A DNA stretch of 64,000 bases from an uncultured Collinsella sp. (lineage in GTDB: Bacteria; Actinomycetota; Coriobacteriia; Coriobacteriales; Coriobacteriaceae). Position numbers and translations under genes: made by a program. Each line of letters opens with the position of its first letter. Positions within the stretch are counted from its first letter, which is position 1. The notes under the pieces are model-generated. The model saw nothing but the letters and a program-made list of their open reading frames with translations. It was not told where the DNA came from and did no database searches. The stretch is taken from the NCBI GenBank assembly GCA_900541875.1, contig UQLF01000002.1, forward strand, positions 54,350-118,349, in the 5' to 3' direction. Positions 9,695 to 19,700 of the stretch are shown here, piece by piece.

Positions 9695-10572
9695 TTCAAG
9701 GCCCCTTTCAGCATGAGGCGAAGATAGTCGTCAATGGTTGCCCGATCGCAGGGAATCTCGGGAAAGGCCTCGAGCGTTTCGCGACGGTTGGGCACGAGCA
9801 CGTCCACGCTGTAGGCGTGGCGGGCGGCATGGGCACCTTCGACGCAAGCCATAAGCTCGGCGGCCTGTGCTTGGGTGCAGTGGGCGATGCCGGCTCGGTC
9901 GGTAATGTCCTCGCGCGGCAGGTCAAACGCAATCGAGCCGTTATCGATGCAGATGACGCGGTCGGCGGCGCGATCGAGGTCGGACGTAATGTGGCTCGAG
10001 AGCAGCACGCTGTGCTGGCCGTCGGAAACAAAGGCAAGCAGCTCATCGAGCAGTTCCTCGCGCGCCATGGGATCGAGGCCCGCGGTGGCTTCGTCCAAAA
10101 GGAGTAGCTTGGCATTATGGCTGAGTGCACAGGCAAGCTGCAGCTTCATGCCCATGCCGCGGGAGAGGTCCTTGACCTTTGTCTTGGGATCGAGGCCAAA
10201 TCGGTTGATGAATCCGGCGAACGTTTCGCGGTCCCACGTGGGGTACGCCGGGCCTACGAGCGACTCGATCTGGCCCACCTTGAGCGTGGAGGGGAAGGGG
10301 CACGTGTCCAGGACAAGACCGACGCGGGAGCGTAGATGGCGTTGCGACTCATCGGGCGCGTCGGCGCCACAGCGCTGCCCAAACAGGTGCACTTCGCCGG
10401 CATCGAGCTTTATAAGCCCGAGAGCAGCTCGAATCGTCGTTGTTTTGCCAGCACCGTTGGCACCAACAAAGCCGACGATCTGGCCAGGCTCCACGGCAAG
10501 CGTGACGTCGCGCAGCGAAAAGCGGTCGCTCACACGGCGTGATATGCCTTTGAGTTCTAAAAGGTTTTGCAT
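9691..10572 (-). CDS. ABC transporter ATP-binding protein
   Basis: Walker A GANGAGKTT. Signature LSRGMGMKLQLA. Walker B LLLDEATAGLD. Confidence 0.9.
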   Translation of the reverse strand: MQNLLELKGISRRVSDRFSLRDVTLAVEPGQIVGFVGANGAGKTTTIRAALGLIKLDAGEVHLFGQRCGADAPDESQRHLRSRVGLVLDTCPFPSTLKVGQIESLVGPAYPTWDRETFAGFINRFGLDPKTKVKDLSRGMGMKLQLACALSHNAKLLLLDEATAGLDPMAREELLDELLAFVSDGQHSVLLSSHITSDLDRAADRVICIDNGSIAFDLPREDITDRAGIAHCTQAQAAELMACVEGAHAARHAYSVDVLVPNRRETLEAFPEIPCDRATIDDYLRLMLKGALK

Positions 10573-10595
10573 GGTATAGCCTTTCTTGCAGATGG

Positions 10596-10976
10596 CTACT
10601 GCATGGTTTCGGGGGCTACCAGGTCGAGCATCTCGTGCAGTTTGTCGCGCGTGACGCCCAGGGCTTCGGCTTGTTCTGCCGCCTGCGTAAGCAGCTCTTC
10701 GATATGGCAGAGCTGGTTTTCACGCAAGAGTTCTTGGTTGCCGTCGGCAACAAAGCAGCCCTTGCCCTGCACGGTGCAGATAAACCCGAGCTGCTCCAGA
10801 TCGGCGTAGGCGCGCTTGGTGGTGATGACGCTCACGCCCAGGTCGCTCGCGAGTGCGCGGATGCTGGGGAGTTTGGCTCCCGCGGCGAGCGTGCCCGAAA
10901 GGATTTGAGCTTTGACCTGCGAGGATATCTGCTCGTAGATGGGCTTGTCGCTCGAATTGGATAGGATAATGTCCAC
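10596..10976 (-). CDS. GntR family transcriptional regulator (YtrA subfamily), first gene of a GntR-ABC-ABC2 operon
   Basis: HTH SIRALASDLGVSVITTKRAYADL. The short C-terminal domain is typical of YtrA-like regulators. Confidence 0.85.
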   Translation of the reverse strand: MDIILSNSSDKPIYEQISSQVKAQILSGTLAAGAKLPSIRALASDLGVSVITTKRAYADLEQLGFICTVQGKGCFVADGNQELLRENQLCHIEELLTQAAEQAEALGVTRDKLHEMLDLVAPETMQ

Positions 10977-11003
10977 AGCGGCTCCTTAGCTGTTGGGCTA
11001 CAC

Positions 11004-11037
11004 GTGTATATAACCGGTAAGCACAGTATATATACAC
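11004..11037. promoter_or_regulatory. candidate GntR operator: inverted repeat GTGTATATA-N16-TATATACAC, 28 nt upstream of the GntR start
   Basis: Perfect 9-bp inverted repeats in the promoter region of the ytrA-like operon. Confidence 0.5.
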
Positions 11038-11193
11038 TATGCACAGTTACGCAAGAGACAAATTCGGATTAAGCCGGCTACCCAGACCCCAACTGATGAA
11101 TTTGTCCTGATAGGTGCCCTATGGCGAGGTTTCACGGCTACAATAGGGCAGTTACATCGACGTAATGCATATAGAACGCAAGAAAGGATCCGC

Positions 11194-12807
11194 ATGGCAA
11201 GCCTGTCGGATGAAATCTCGTCGCGCCGCACATTCGCGATCATCAGCCACCCGGACGCCGGTAAGACTACGCTTACCGAGAAGCTGCTGCTCTATACCGG
11301 CAGCATCCAGACTGCCGGCTCGGTCAAGGGCAAGAGCTCGGCCAAGCATGCTGTCTCGGACTGGATGGACATCGAGAAGGAGCGCGGCATCTCCGTCACC
11401 TCCTCGGTGCTGCAGTTCACCTATAACGGCGCCTGTGTCAACATTCTCGATACCCCCGGCCACCAGGACTTCTCGGAGGATACCTACCGTACCCTTATGG
11501 CCGCCGACGCCGCGGTCATGGTCATCGACGGCGCCAAGGGCGTCGAGGCCCAGACCAAAAAGCTCTTTAAGGTCTGTACGCTGCGTCACATTCCCATCTT
11601 CACCTTTGTGAACAAGCTCGACCACGAGGCTCGCGATCCGTTTGAGCTCATGGAAGAGATCGAGAACGTTCTGGGCATCAACACCTATCCCATGAACTGG
11701 CCGATCGGCAGCGGCCGCAACTTCCGCGGCGTGTTCGACCGTCAGACCCGTCGCGTTATCGCCTTCGAGGGCGACGGTCACGCCAACGCCACCAAGAAGG
11801 TCGCCGAGGTCGAGGCCGAGCTGGGCGATCCTTCCATGGACGAGCTCATCGGCGAGGAAAACCATAAGAACCTGATGGACGACATCGAGCTGCTCGATGG
11901 CGCTGGCGACGAGCTCGACTTGGATGCTGTGGCCTGCGGCAAGCTGAGCCCGGCGTTCTTTGGCTCGGCGCTCACCAACTTTGGCGTGGAGCCCTTCCTC
12001 AAGGAGTTCCTGCGTCTGGCCCCGACGCCGCGCGCCTATACCGATACGCTCACCAGCGAGCCGGTCGATCCCTGCCGCGACGACTTTAGCGGCTTCGTGT
12101 TTAAGATCCAGGCCAACATGGACAAGAACCACCGCGACCGCATCGCCTTTGTGCGCATTTGCTCGGGCAAGTTCGAGCGCGGCATGGACGCCTTCCACGT
12201 GCAGGGCAACCGCAAGCTCAAGCTTGCCACGGGCACGTCGATGATGGCCGACGACCGCGCCATCGTGGACGAGGCGTACGCGGGCGATATCGTGGGCCTG
12301 TTCGATCCGGGTATCTTTAGCATCGGCGACACTGTGTGCTCCGGCAAGCGCCACGTGCAGTATCCGCAGATCCCGACGTTTGCCCCCGAGATGTTCGCTC
12401 GCATTACGCAGGTCGACACGCTCAAGCGCAAGCAGTTCGTCAAGGGCATGGAGGAGCTTGCCCAGGAGGGCGCCATCCAGATCTTCCGCGAGCTGGGTGC
12501 CGGCATGGAGAGCGTCATCGTGGGCGTGGTCGGCGTGCTGCAGTTTGAGGTGCTCGAGCGCCGTCTCAAGGCCGAGTACCGTGTTGAGGTTCGTCGCCAG
12601 CCACTGCCCTATACGGACATCCGCTGGATCCAGAATGACCCCGACACCATCGATATCCCAGGCCTTTCGCTCACGCGCGACACGCTGCGCGTCGAGGATA
12701 TGCGCGGCGGTAAGCTGCTGCTGTTCACGAGCCCGTGGAACGTGGATTGGGCAACCGACCACAACCCCGACCTGATCCTGTCGGAGTTTGGCAACGTAGC
12801 CTTTTAA
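11194..12807 (+). CDS. prfC: peptide chain release factor 3
   Basis: Motifs RTFAIISHPDAGKTTLTEKLL, DTPGHQDF and NKLD. The 537-aa length fits RF3. Confidence 0.95.
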   Translation: MASLSDEISSRRTFAIISHPDAGKTTLTEKLLLYTGSIQTAGSVKGKSSAKHAVSDWMDIEKERGISVTSSVLQFTYNGACVNILDTPGHQDFSEDTYRTLMAADAAVMVIDGAKGVEAQTKKLFKVCTLRHIPIFTFVNKLDHEARDPFELMEEIENVLGINTYPMNWPIGSGRNFRGVFDRQTRRVIAFEGDGHANATKKVAEVEAELGDPSMDELIGEENHKNLMDDIELLDGAGDELDLDAVACGKLSPAFFGSALTNFGVEPFLKEFLRLAPTPRAYTDTLTSEPVDPCRDDFSGFVFKIQANMDKNHRDRIAFVRICSGKFERGMDAFHVQGNRKLKLATGTSMMADDRAIVDEAYAGDIVGLFDPGIFSIGDTVCSGKRHVQYPQIPTFAPEMFARITQVDTLKRKQFVKGMEELAQEGAIQIFRELGAGMESVIVGVVGVLQFEVLERRLKAEYRVEVRRQPLPYTDIRWIQNDPDTIDIPGLSLTRDTLRVEDMRGGKLLLFTSPWNVDWATDHNPDLILSEFGNVAF

Positions 12808-12816
12808 CGCATCGGC

Positions 12817-12845
12817 GCGGTGGTCCTGCGGGGCTGCCGCGCCAT
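12817..12845 (+). terminator. possible terminator hairpin after prfC
   Basis: GGCGCGG-N15-CCGCGCC followed by ATTTACTT. The T-tract is weak. Confidence 0.35.
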
Positions 12846-12963
12846 TTACTTGCCTGATGCCGTGTGAGCGGCTATCATACCCACCGTCGTCTCAAGACCG
12901 AGACGTCCGAGCAGTTCGGGTCCGATATCCTGCTCGTTAAACCTAAAACCAAAGGAGTACATA

Positions 12964-13686
12964 ATGATCAAGAAGGTCATGGAGGACTACAAGGTCCTGT
13001 TGCGGAGCATTCCCGCGGCAACGGTTTCGCTGTTTTTCGTGAGCGTCATCATGATGAACCTGCTGGCCAACAAAGAGCTCATCAGCCTGCCGTATCTGGC
13101 ACTCGACTGCGGCTTTGTGGTGAGCTGGGTCTCGTTTTTGTGCCAGGACATGATCTGCAAGCGCTTTGGCGCCAAGGCATCCATTAAAATCTCTATCCTC
13201 GCACTGGCGGTCAACCTCGCCGTGAGCCTGTGCTTTTGGGCATGTTCGCTCACGCCCGGCATGTGGGGCGCCTACTACGACACGGGCATGATCGAGGTCA
13301 ACACCGCCCTTAACGCCACCATCGGCGGCACCTGGTACGTGGTGCTGGGCTCTTCGCTGGCAATGCTCGTTTCTGCCGTGGTTAACTCCACGCTCAACCA
13401 GTCGCTCGGCCGTATGCTCAAAAAGAATAACTTTGCGAGCTTTGCCTTCCGTTCCTATGTGTCCACGGGTGTTGGCCAGTTTATCGACAACCTGGTCTTC
13501 GCCATTGTGGTGAGCCACACGTTCTTTGGTTGGACCTGGGTGCAGGTCCTCATGTGCTCGCTGACCGGCGCTGTTGCCGAGCTGCTGTGCGAGGTCTTCC
13601 TGAGCCCCGTGGGCTACAAGGTCGTGCGCGGCTGGGAGCGCGAGAATGTGGGTTCCGAGTACCTCGAGCGCCACGCAACCGCCTAA
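12964..13686 (+). CDS. yhhQ: queuosine precursor transporter (YhhQ/QueT, VUT family)
   Basis: N-terminus MIKKVMEDYKVLLRSIPAATVSLFFVSVIMMNLLANKEL. Polytopic DUF165-like membrane protein. Confidence 0.8.
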   Translation: MIKKVMEDYKVLLRSIPAATVSLFFVSVIMMNLLANKELISLPYLALDCGFVVSWVSFLCQDMICKRFGAKASIKISILALAVNLAVSLCFWACSLTPGMWGAYYDTGMIEVNTALNATIGGTWYVVLGSSLAMLVSAVVNSTLNQSLGRMLKKNNFASFAFRSYVSTGVGQFIDNLVFAIVVSHTFFGWTWVQVLMCSLTGAVAELLCEVFLSPVGYKVVRGWERENVGSEYLERHATA

Positions 13687-13695
13687 GGAGCAAGT

Positions 13696-14376
13696 ATGCG
13701 GGTTTTGATCACGGGCGCTTCGGGCGGTATCGGAGCCGCGTGCGTGCAGCGCTTTTTGGATGAGGGCCACGAGGTCGTGGGCTTTGATCTGCTGTCGCCG
13801 GCGATCGAACACGAGCGCTACCGCCATCTGATCGTTGATGTCCGCGAGCCGGACTCGTTTCCAAGCGACCTTGAGCCTCAGGTTATCGTGAACGTTGCCG
13901 GTACGCAGGATTCGGCCGACGACATTGCCGCCAACCTGTGTGGCACCATCAACGTGACCGAGCGCTACGCCTTTGTGGGGGAGGGGCTCGCCGCCAAGCC
14001 GGCGCCGGCTATCAAATCCGTGGTCAATGTGGGGTCGGCGAGCGGGCATACGGGATCGGAGTTTCCCGCCTATGCCGCCAGCAAGGGCGGCGTTATCGCC
14101 TACACCAAGAACCTTGCAAACCGTCTGGCACCGCAGGCCATCGCCAACAGTGTGGACCCGGGCGGCGTTATCACGCCGCTCAACCGTTGCGTGATGGAAG
14201 ACGAGCACCTGTGGAACCAGATTATGGAGCTCACGCCGCTTAAACGCTGGGCCACCGCCCAAGAGATCGCCGAGTGGATCTACTTTGTGGGCGTGACCAA
14301 CCGGTTTATGACCGGACAGAGCCTGCTGATCGATGGCGGCGAGGCCGGCCGCACACAATTTATTTGGCCCGAATAG
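13696..14376 (+). CDS. SDR family oxidoreductase
   Basis: Cofactor motif TGASGGIGAA. Catalytic YAASK. Confidence 0.85.
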   Translation: MRVLITGASGGIGAACVQRFLDEGHEVVGFDLLSPAIEHERYRHLIVDVREPDSFPSDLEPQVIVNVAGTQDSADDIAANLCGTINVTERYAFVGEGLAAKPAPAIKSVVNVGSASGHTGSEFPAYAASKGGVIAYTKNLANRLAPQAIANSVDPGGVITPLNRCVMEDEHLWNQIMELTPLKRWATAQEIAEWIYFVGVTNRFMTGQSLLIDGGEAGRTQFIWPE

Positions 14377-14379
14377 GAA

Positions 14380-14415
14380 ACGCGCCCGATGGAAAGCTGT
14401 CGGGCGCGTTTTTGA
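14380..14415. terminator. bidirectional intrinsic terminator (SDR + / ung -)
   Basis: AACGCGCCCGA-N10-TCGGGCGCGTTTTTG. Confidence 0.75.
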
Positions 14416-14426
14416 TGTATCGATTT

Positions 14427-15152
14427 TTAGCCGATGCAAGTCCAGTTGACGGGGGTCGAGCCGTGCTGTTCGAGTAGCCGATTGGCGGCAGAGAAGGGGC
14501 GCGACCCCATAAAAGCGGGGAGTTCTGCCGTGGCACGGTTGGCTGAAAGCGGCGAGGGGTGCGTAGAGGCCAGGCAGAACTTGCCGGTTGCCTTGCCCGC
14601 GCCGGTAGCGGCGAGCTTGCCTTCGACCATCTGCTGGGCAAAGCGGCCCCATGCCAAAAAGACTACCGGCTGGGGCAGCTGACAGCAGCGTTCGATAACG
14701 TAGTCGGTGAGCGTGCTCCAGCCCAGTTTGGCGTGCGAGTTGGCGGCATGCTCGCGCACGGTGAGCGTGGTGTTGAGGAGCAGGACGCCCTGCTGTGCCC
14801 ATGGGGTTAGGTCTCCCGTGGCGGGAATGGGGCAACCCAGATCGGCTTTGAGTTCCTTATAGATGTTACGCAGGCTCGGCGGCAACTTGGTTTGCGTCGT
14901 GGGGACCGAGAACGACAGCCCCATGGCCTGGTTGGGTCCGTGATAGGGGTCTTGACCCAAGATGACAACCTTGACCTGGTCGGCCGGCGTGTAGGCGAGG
15001 GCATTGAGGATGTCGTCTTGTGCCGGGTAGATAGTCTGCTCGGCACGCAAAAGGGCGATGCGCTCGAGCAGCTGGTTCGTAGTGTCACCTACCGGCTGCG
15101 GCGCATCGCCCAACCAAGTTGCTATGTTGCGGTCGTGAGTTGCGGTGTCCAT
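14427..15152 (-). CDS. ung: uracil-DNA glycosylase (family 1)
   Basis: Motifs VVILGQDPYHGPNQAMGLSFSV and GVLLLNTTLTV. Confidence 0.9.
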   Translation of the reverse strand: MDTATHDRNIATWLGDAPQPVGDTTNQLLERIALLRAEQTIYPAQDDILNALAYTPADQVKVVILGQDPYHGPNQAMGLSFSVPTTQTKLPPSLRNIYKELKADLGCPIPATGDLTPWAQQGVLLLNTTLTVREHAANSHAKLGWSTLTDYVIERCCQLPQPVVFLAWGRFAQQMVEGKLAATGAGKATGKFCLASTHPSPLSANRATAELPAFMGSRPFSAANRLLEQHGSTPVNWTCIG

Positions 15153-15240
15153 GGGGCTCCTTTATGGCAGATGCTCTGTTGGCATCTATTGTAAAGGCGC
15201 ACCGGTTGCCTTTATGCCGCGGCTACAAAAGGTGAGGCGC

Positions 15241-16143
15241 TTACGAGGCTCGCTCGGGCGTTCCTGCCATACGGGTGTGTCCGTGTGCGCGAAGGCGTGG
15301 AAGCTCGACGGTTGCCACCATGACGCCGGTGAGGATGAGGGCGGCGCCAAAGAAGGCGATGGGGCTCAGGACCTCGCCAACCAGGAAGAACGAAAAGACG
15401 GCGGAGCAGACCGGCTCGAGCGAGAAAGCGAAGCCGGTGGTCTCGGCAGGCACGTGGGGCTGCACGAGCGTCTGGGTGATAAAGCCGTAGGCAGAGCAGA
15501 TGAGTGCGAGCGCGACGACGACCACGATCTCGCTGGGCGTGCCGGGAAGCGTGAAACCGCCAAAGGTGAATGCGGCGATACCCGAGAATAAGCCGCCAAA
15601 GCCCAGCTGCCAAACGCCCAGAGCCAGCGGGTCGACTTCTTCGACAAAGCGCTTGGCCACGATAATGTGGCTGGCATAGATAAAGGCCGAGAGCAGCATG
15701 ATGATCGCACCGGGATTCAGGCTGGTAAAGTCGGCGCCCGAGAGCAGCAGCATGCCGCAGGTGACGATGGCGGTGCCGATGAGTACCTTGCGCTCGGGAG
15801 CGCGGCGCAGCAGGGCGGCGTTGGCAAACGGCACGATTACGACCGTCAGACTCTGCAAAAAGCCGGCAGTGGAGGCAGAGGTGAGGCTGGAGCCCAGGCA
15901 CATGCAGGTGAGCTCGGTTGCCATAATGGCGCCGATGATGGCGGCACGGACCATAAGGTCGCGGTTGATGCGCAACGCGTGCTTGTGGAAGAGCAACAGG
16001 CAAGCCGCAAAGGCGATGATGCAGCGTAGCGCGACGATGCTCGTGGCGTTCATGCTGTCCATGCCGATCTTCATGAGGGGGTACGAAAAGCCCCATGCGA
16101 CGGGAACGGAAAATGAGAGCGCGATTGCTTTTTTGCGATCCAT
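15241..16143 (-). CDS. EamA/DMT family transporter
   Basis: 10-TM protein with duplicated EamA halves. Confidence 0.8.
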   Translation of the reverse strand: MDRKKAIALSFSVPVAWGFSYPLMKIGMDSMNATSIVALRCIIAFAACLLLFHKHALRINRDLMVRAAIIGAIMATELTCMCLGSSLTSASTAGFLQSLTVVIVPFANAALLRRAPERKVLIGTAIVTCGMLLLSGADFTSLNPGAIIMLLSAFIYASHIIVAKRFVEEVDPLALGVWQLGFGGLFSGIAAFTFGGFTLPGTPSEIVVVVALALICSAYGFITQTLVQPHVPAETTGFAFSLEPVCSAVFSFFLVGEVLSPIAFFGAALILTGVMVATVELPRLRAHGHTRMAGTPERAS

Positions 16144-16301
16144 GGGACTCCTTTTGTTACAGAACGGTTTCGTAAAAAGGATTCTGCTCCCAGATGTGGA
16201 TGTAGTAAAGCGAATGTATCTTCAGTATGATTAAGAAATACTAATGTTGATAGAAAAAGCCATGGCAAAACGTTTTACGGCTGCATTGATGTGGAGGCGC
16301 G

Positions 16302-17168
16302 ATGGCATCGCGGTATCAGATTGTTTGTATGGTGGTCGACTGCGGCAGCCTTAAAGGCGCGGCGGACGAACTGGGCTATACGCAAAGCGCGGTGAGCCAG
16401 GCCGTCAAGGCACTCGAGCGCGAGCTGGGTACCACGCTTATCGAGCGCGGTAAGCAGGGCGTTTCGCTTACGCGCGACGGTAAACAATATCTGCCGTATC
16501 TGCGACAGATCGTAACTGCCGAGGCTGAGCTCGAGGGCAAGCGCCAGGAGCTGCTGGGGCTTTCGTCGACCGATATTCGCATCGCGACGTTTACCAACGT
16601 GAGTCGAACCGTGTTACCGCGCGTGATCCGCGACTTTGGGGCGCTGCACCCGGGCGTACGCTTTACCCTTAAGCAGGGCGACTACACGCGCAACGCCCAA
16701 TGGGTGCACGACGGCGTAGTGGATTTTTGCTTTACGGCACGCGGGTTTACCGCTGGCCTCGAGAAGCGCGTGGTCTATCACGACGAGTTGGTGGCACTGT
16801 TGCCTGTCGCGCATCCGCTAGCGGCAAAGGAAAAGGTGACGCTCGCCGACCTGGCTTTCGAGCCGTTTGTGCTTCTGGATGAGGGCGAACAGAGCCTGGT
16901 GCTCGATGCATTCGCGGCGCATGGCCTGTCGCCGCACGTGACGAGCGAGGTCACCGACGACTACACCATCATGGCGATGGTGGAGGAGGGCCTAGGCGTG
17001 AGTATGCTCTACCGTCGTACTGTGGAGGGCATGCGTGCCGATATTCGCGTACGTCCCATCGTGCACGCCCCCTCGCGCGACGTAGTGGCGGCCTGGCGCA
17101 GCTGGGACACCATGCCCATCGCCACGAGGCGCTTTATCGACTATATGAGCTCGCATATTGTCAATTAA
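16302..17168 (+). CDS. LysR family transcriptional regulator (divergent from the DMT transporter)
   Basis: N-terminal HTH GSLKGAADELGYTQSAVSQAVKALE plus a LysR substrate-binding domain. Confidence 0.85.
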   Translation: MASRYQIVCMVVDCGSLKGAADELGYTQSAVSQAVKALERELGTTLIERGKQGVSLTRDGKQYLPYLRQIVTAEAELEGKRQELLGLSSTDIRIATFTNVSRTVLPRVIRDFGALHPGVRFTLKQGDYTRNAQWVHDGVVDFCFTARGFTAGLEKRVVYHDELVALLPVAHPLAAKEKVTLADLAFEPFVLLDEGEQSLVLDAFAAHGLSPHVTSEVTDDYTIMAMVEEGLGVSMLYRRTVEGMRADIRVRPIVHAPSRDVVAAWRSWDTMPIATRRFIDYMSSHIVN

Positions 17169-17195
17169 TGACTGGCGCGGCGTTGAGTGCGGTGT

Positions 17196-18578
17196 TTAGC
17201 GGGCTGTCGCTTTGGCTTGGGTGACACGATAGGTGCGTGCCGGGTGGCAGAGTAGCACCGCCACGACCATAAAGAACGCCGTGGTGCCCAGGCTGATGGG
17301 GTAGACCATCATGATGTTCGCAAAGGTGCGGAAGTGCGGGAACACGCAGAACACCCAATAGAAGCGGATGCCGCAGACGCAGATCATGGTGATGAGGGCG
17401 GGCGTGAGCGAGATACCAAAGCCGCGCAGGTAGCCGGACATGTTTTCGTAGAACATGCTAAAGGCGTACGCCGGGAAGATCGAACACACGCGGATATAGC
17501 CGATCGAGACGATGTTGGGATCGCTGTTGAACAGCGACAAGATCTCGCGCCCCAGGCCGACAATAACGATAATTGTGGTGAGCGCGACGATACCGCCTTC
17601 GACCAGGCAGACCTTGAGCGTCTTGGTGCAGCGGTCGATCTGGCGGGCACCGTGGTTTTGTCCCACAAAGGTGGTGCAAGCCTGGCTAAAGCTGTTGAGC
17701 AGGTTGTAGCATACGTACTCCAAGCTCATAGCGGCGCTCGATGCCGCCATGACCTCGGTGCCCAGACTGTTGATGGCAGACTGGATGATGATGTTGGCGA
17801 CGGCAAAGACGGCGCTTTGGATGCCGGCGGGCAGGCCGATCTTGACGATACGCTTGAGGGCGACGGGATCGATAGCCAAGTCGCGCGGGGTGACGCGGAC
17901 AACGGAGTCGGTCTTGAGCAGGCGGATAAAGAGCGTGGCGGCGCTGACGGTGTAGGCGATGGCGGTGGCGATGGCGACGCCCGCGACACCCCAGTGGAGC
18001 ACAGGGACAAAGATGAGATCCAGGCCAATGTTGAGGACGGTGGACACGGCAAGCGCCTGCAGCGGCATGCGAGTGATGCCGACGGAGCGGAAGATCGCGG
18101 CCTCAAAGTTGTAAAGCAAGATCGAGGGCATGCTCAGCAAAAAGACGCGCAGGTAGAGCGAAGCGAGTGGCATGGTTTCGGAGGGAACGTTGAGGGCGGC
18201 GAGCATGGGCTCGGCAAAGATCTCGCCCAGCGCGATGACGACAAAGCCCACGAGTGCCATTAAAATCGAGGTATGGACGGCGCGTTTGACCATGTTTTGG
18301 TCGTTGCGGCCGATAGCGTTGGCGATGACCACGTTGGAGCCAAGCGACATGCCAATAAACAGGTTGAGCATAAGGCTGGTAAGCGGAACATTGGAGCCGA
18401 CCGCCGCCATGGCGAGGGTTCCCTGGTCGCCCGAGAAGTTGCCGATGATGACCGTGGCAATAAGGTTCGACAGCTGCTCCAGGATGCTCGTGGCGGCCAC
18501 GGGGAAGGCGAACAGGGGAATATTGCGCCACAGCGAGCCGGTGGTCATGTCAATGTGCTTAGATACGGTATCAGCCAT
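17196..18578 (-). CDS. MATE family efflux transporter
   Basis: 12-TM protein of 460 aa with a MatE-like internal repeat. Confidence 0.85.
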   Translation of the reverse strand: MADTVSKHIDMTTGSLWRNIPLFAFPVAATSILEQLSNLIATVIIGNFSGDQGTLAMAAVGSNVPLTSLMLNLFIGMSLGSNVVIANAIGRNDQNMVKRAVHTSILMALVGFVVIALGEIFAEPMLAALNVPSETMPLASLYLRVFLLSMPSILLYNFEAAIFRSVGITRMPLQALAVSTVLNIGLDLIFVPVLHWGVAGVAIATAIAYTVSAATLFIRLLKTDSVVRVTPRDLAIDPVALKRIVKIGLPAGIQSAVFAVANIIIQSAINSLGTEVMAASSAAMSLEYVCYNLLNSFSQACTTFVGQNHGARQIDRCTKTLKVCLVEGGIVALTTIIVIVGLGREILSLFNSDPNIVSIGYIRVCSIFPAYAFSMFYENMSGYLRGFGISLTPALITMICVCGIRFYWVFCVFPHFRTFANIMMVYPISLGTTAFFMVVAVLLCHPARTYRVTQAKATAR

Positions 18579-18640
18579 ACGCTCTCAATCTCTAATATGC
18601 TCTTTCGTGCTTATTTGCGCAGACGATGATACTCCTAATC

Positions 18641-18700
18641 GACTAGTCATTGGGGACGTTCTTAAACGACTAGTCATTCAAGAACGTCCCCAATGACTAG
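18641..18700. repeat. palindromic repeat family 1, copy B (GACTAGTCATTGGGGACGTTCTT-AAAC-GACTAGTC-ATTC-AAGAACGTCCCCAATGACTAG)
   Basis: Near-identical to 4648-4703. It sits in the divergent intergenic region between MATE and rlmA. Confidence 0.85.
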
Positions 18701-18756
18701 GTGGGGAAGGCGTGCGACAATGGTGTGCGTTGTGTTGTTCGCGCTAAGGAGTTGCC

Positions 18757-19572
18757 ATGTTGTTGTGTCCCGTTTGCCATGAGCCGTTGGTGGACAATGA
18801 GCGCGGTGCTGCATGCGCGAGCGGACACCGGTTTGACCGTGCGCGCGAGGGCTATCTATATCTGCTGCGCTCGTCCAAGAGCGGCGACTCCATGGGCGAT
18901 CCCAAGTCGCAGGCACGCAGCCGTCGTGACTTTCTGAACCGTGGATACTACGCACCGTTGCGCGATGCGATGGTCGAGCTGGTGCGCAAGCAGGTGTCTG
19001 GGCGTGCTGCGTCTACGAGCGGCCCCATGACGCTGCTCGATATTTGCTGCGGCGAGGGCTATTACACGAGTGCCATGGGCGCGGTGCCGGGCGTGGACGC
19101 TTACGGGTTCGACTTGGGCAAAGAGATGGTGCGCCTGGCCGCCAAGCGCGGCGATGCGACCTATTTTGTGGCCAACATGAAGGATATCCCCGTGGCCGAT
19201 GGCGCCTTCGATATAGTGACCGAGCTCTTTGCTTCCTTTAACGAGCGCGAGTTTGCCCGCGTGCTGGCGCCGGAGGGTTCGCTCTACACCGTGGTGCCGG
19301 GTGCTCGTCACCTCTTTGGGCTCAAGGAGGTACTCTACGACACGCCGTACCTTAACGATGAGAAGCTGCCGAAGACCATCGAGCTCGAGTTGGTCGGAAC
19401 GCAGCGGGTGTCTGCGAATATTACGCTTCAGACCCAGGCCGACATCGAGGCGGTGTTCCAGATGACGCCGTACTACTACCGCACGCGCCCCGCCGACAAA
19501 GAGCGCCTGGCAAACCTCGATACCCTTCAGACTGACATCGACTTCATCATCGCCGAGTACCGCCACAGCTAA
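18757..19572 (+). CDS. rlmA: 23S rRNA (guanine745-N1)-methyltransferase RlmA-like
   Basis: N-terminal Zn-ribbon LLCPVCHEPL...CASGHRFD. SAM motif LLDICCGEGYYT. Confidence 0.75.
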   Translation: MLLCPVCHEPLVDNERGAACASGHRFDRAREGYLYLLRSSKSGDSMGDPKSQARSRRDFLNRGYYAPLRDAMVELVRKQVSGRAASTSGPMTLLDICCGEGYYTSAMGAVPGVDAYGFDLGKEMVRLAAKRGDATYFVANMKDIPVADGAFDIVTELFASFNEREFARVLAPEGSLYTVVPGARHLFGLKEVLYDTPYLNDEKLPKTIELELVGTQRVSANITLQTQADIEAVFQMTPYYYRTRPADKERLANLDTLQTDIDFIIAEYRHS

Positions 19573-19574
19573 CA

Positions 19575-19630
19575 ACCTGCCAAAAAGGGACAGGTTTATT
19601 TTGGTAGGTTTTATCTGGGCAAACGTAAAG
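19575..19630. repeat. repeat family 2 unit (ACCTGCCAAAAAGGGACAGGTTTATTTTGGTAGGT...) immediately after the rlmA stop
   Basis: Self-complementary ACCTGCCAAAA/TTTTGGCAGGT arms. The same unit is present as a direct and an inverted copy at 38874-38974. Confidence 0.75.
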
Positions 19631-19668
19631 GGCCGACCGCGGAGATGCGCGATCGGCCCTTTTTAGTT
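19627..19668. terminator. bidirectional intrinsic terminator
   Basis: AAAGGGCCGA-N16-TCGGCCCTTTTTAG. Confidence 0.75.
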
Positions 19669-19700
19669 GCTTGGCTGCAGAGGTTATGAGAAGCGAGCGC

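Noticed and set aside
11152-12762. Long antisense ORF (536 aa) opposite prfC. Similar ones lie at 12943-14835, 22264-24690, 28773-30110, 37413-38732 and 139-1113.
   Set aside because: These are high-GC shadow ORFs with Arg/Ala/Gly/Pro-rich low-complexity translations. They are entirely antisense to genes that have clear family motifs.
12808-12963. Possible preQ1 riboswitch upstream of the YhhQ queuosine-precursor transporter
   Set aside because: An A-rich tract (CCTAAAACCAAAGGAG) precedes the RBS. I could not find the preQ1-I or preQ1-II hairpin and pseudoknot consensus. It cannot be supported without a covariance-model search.
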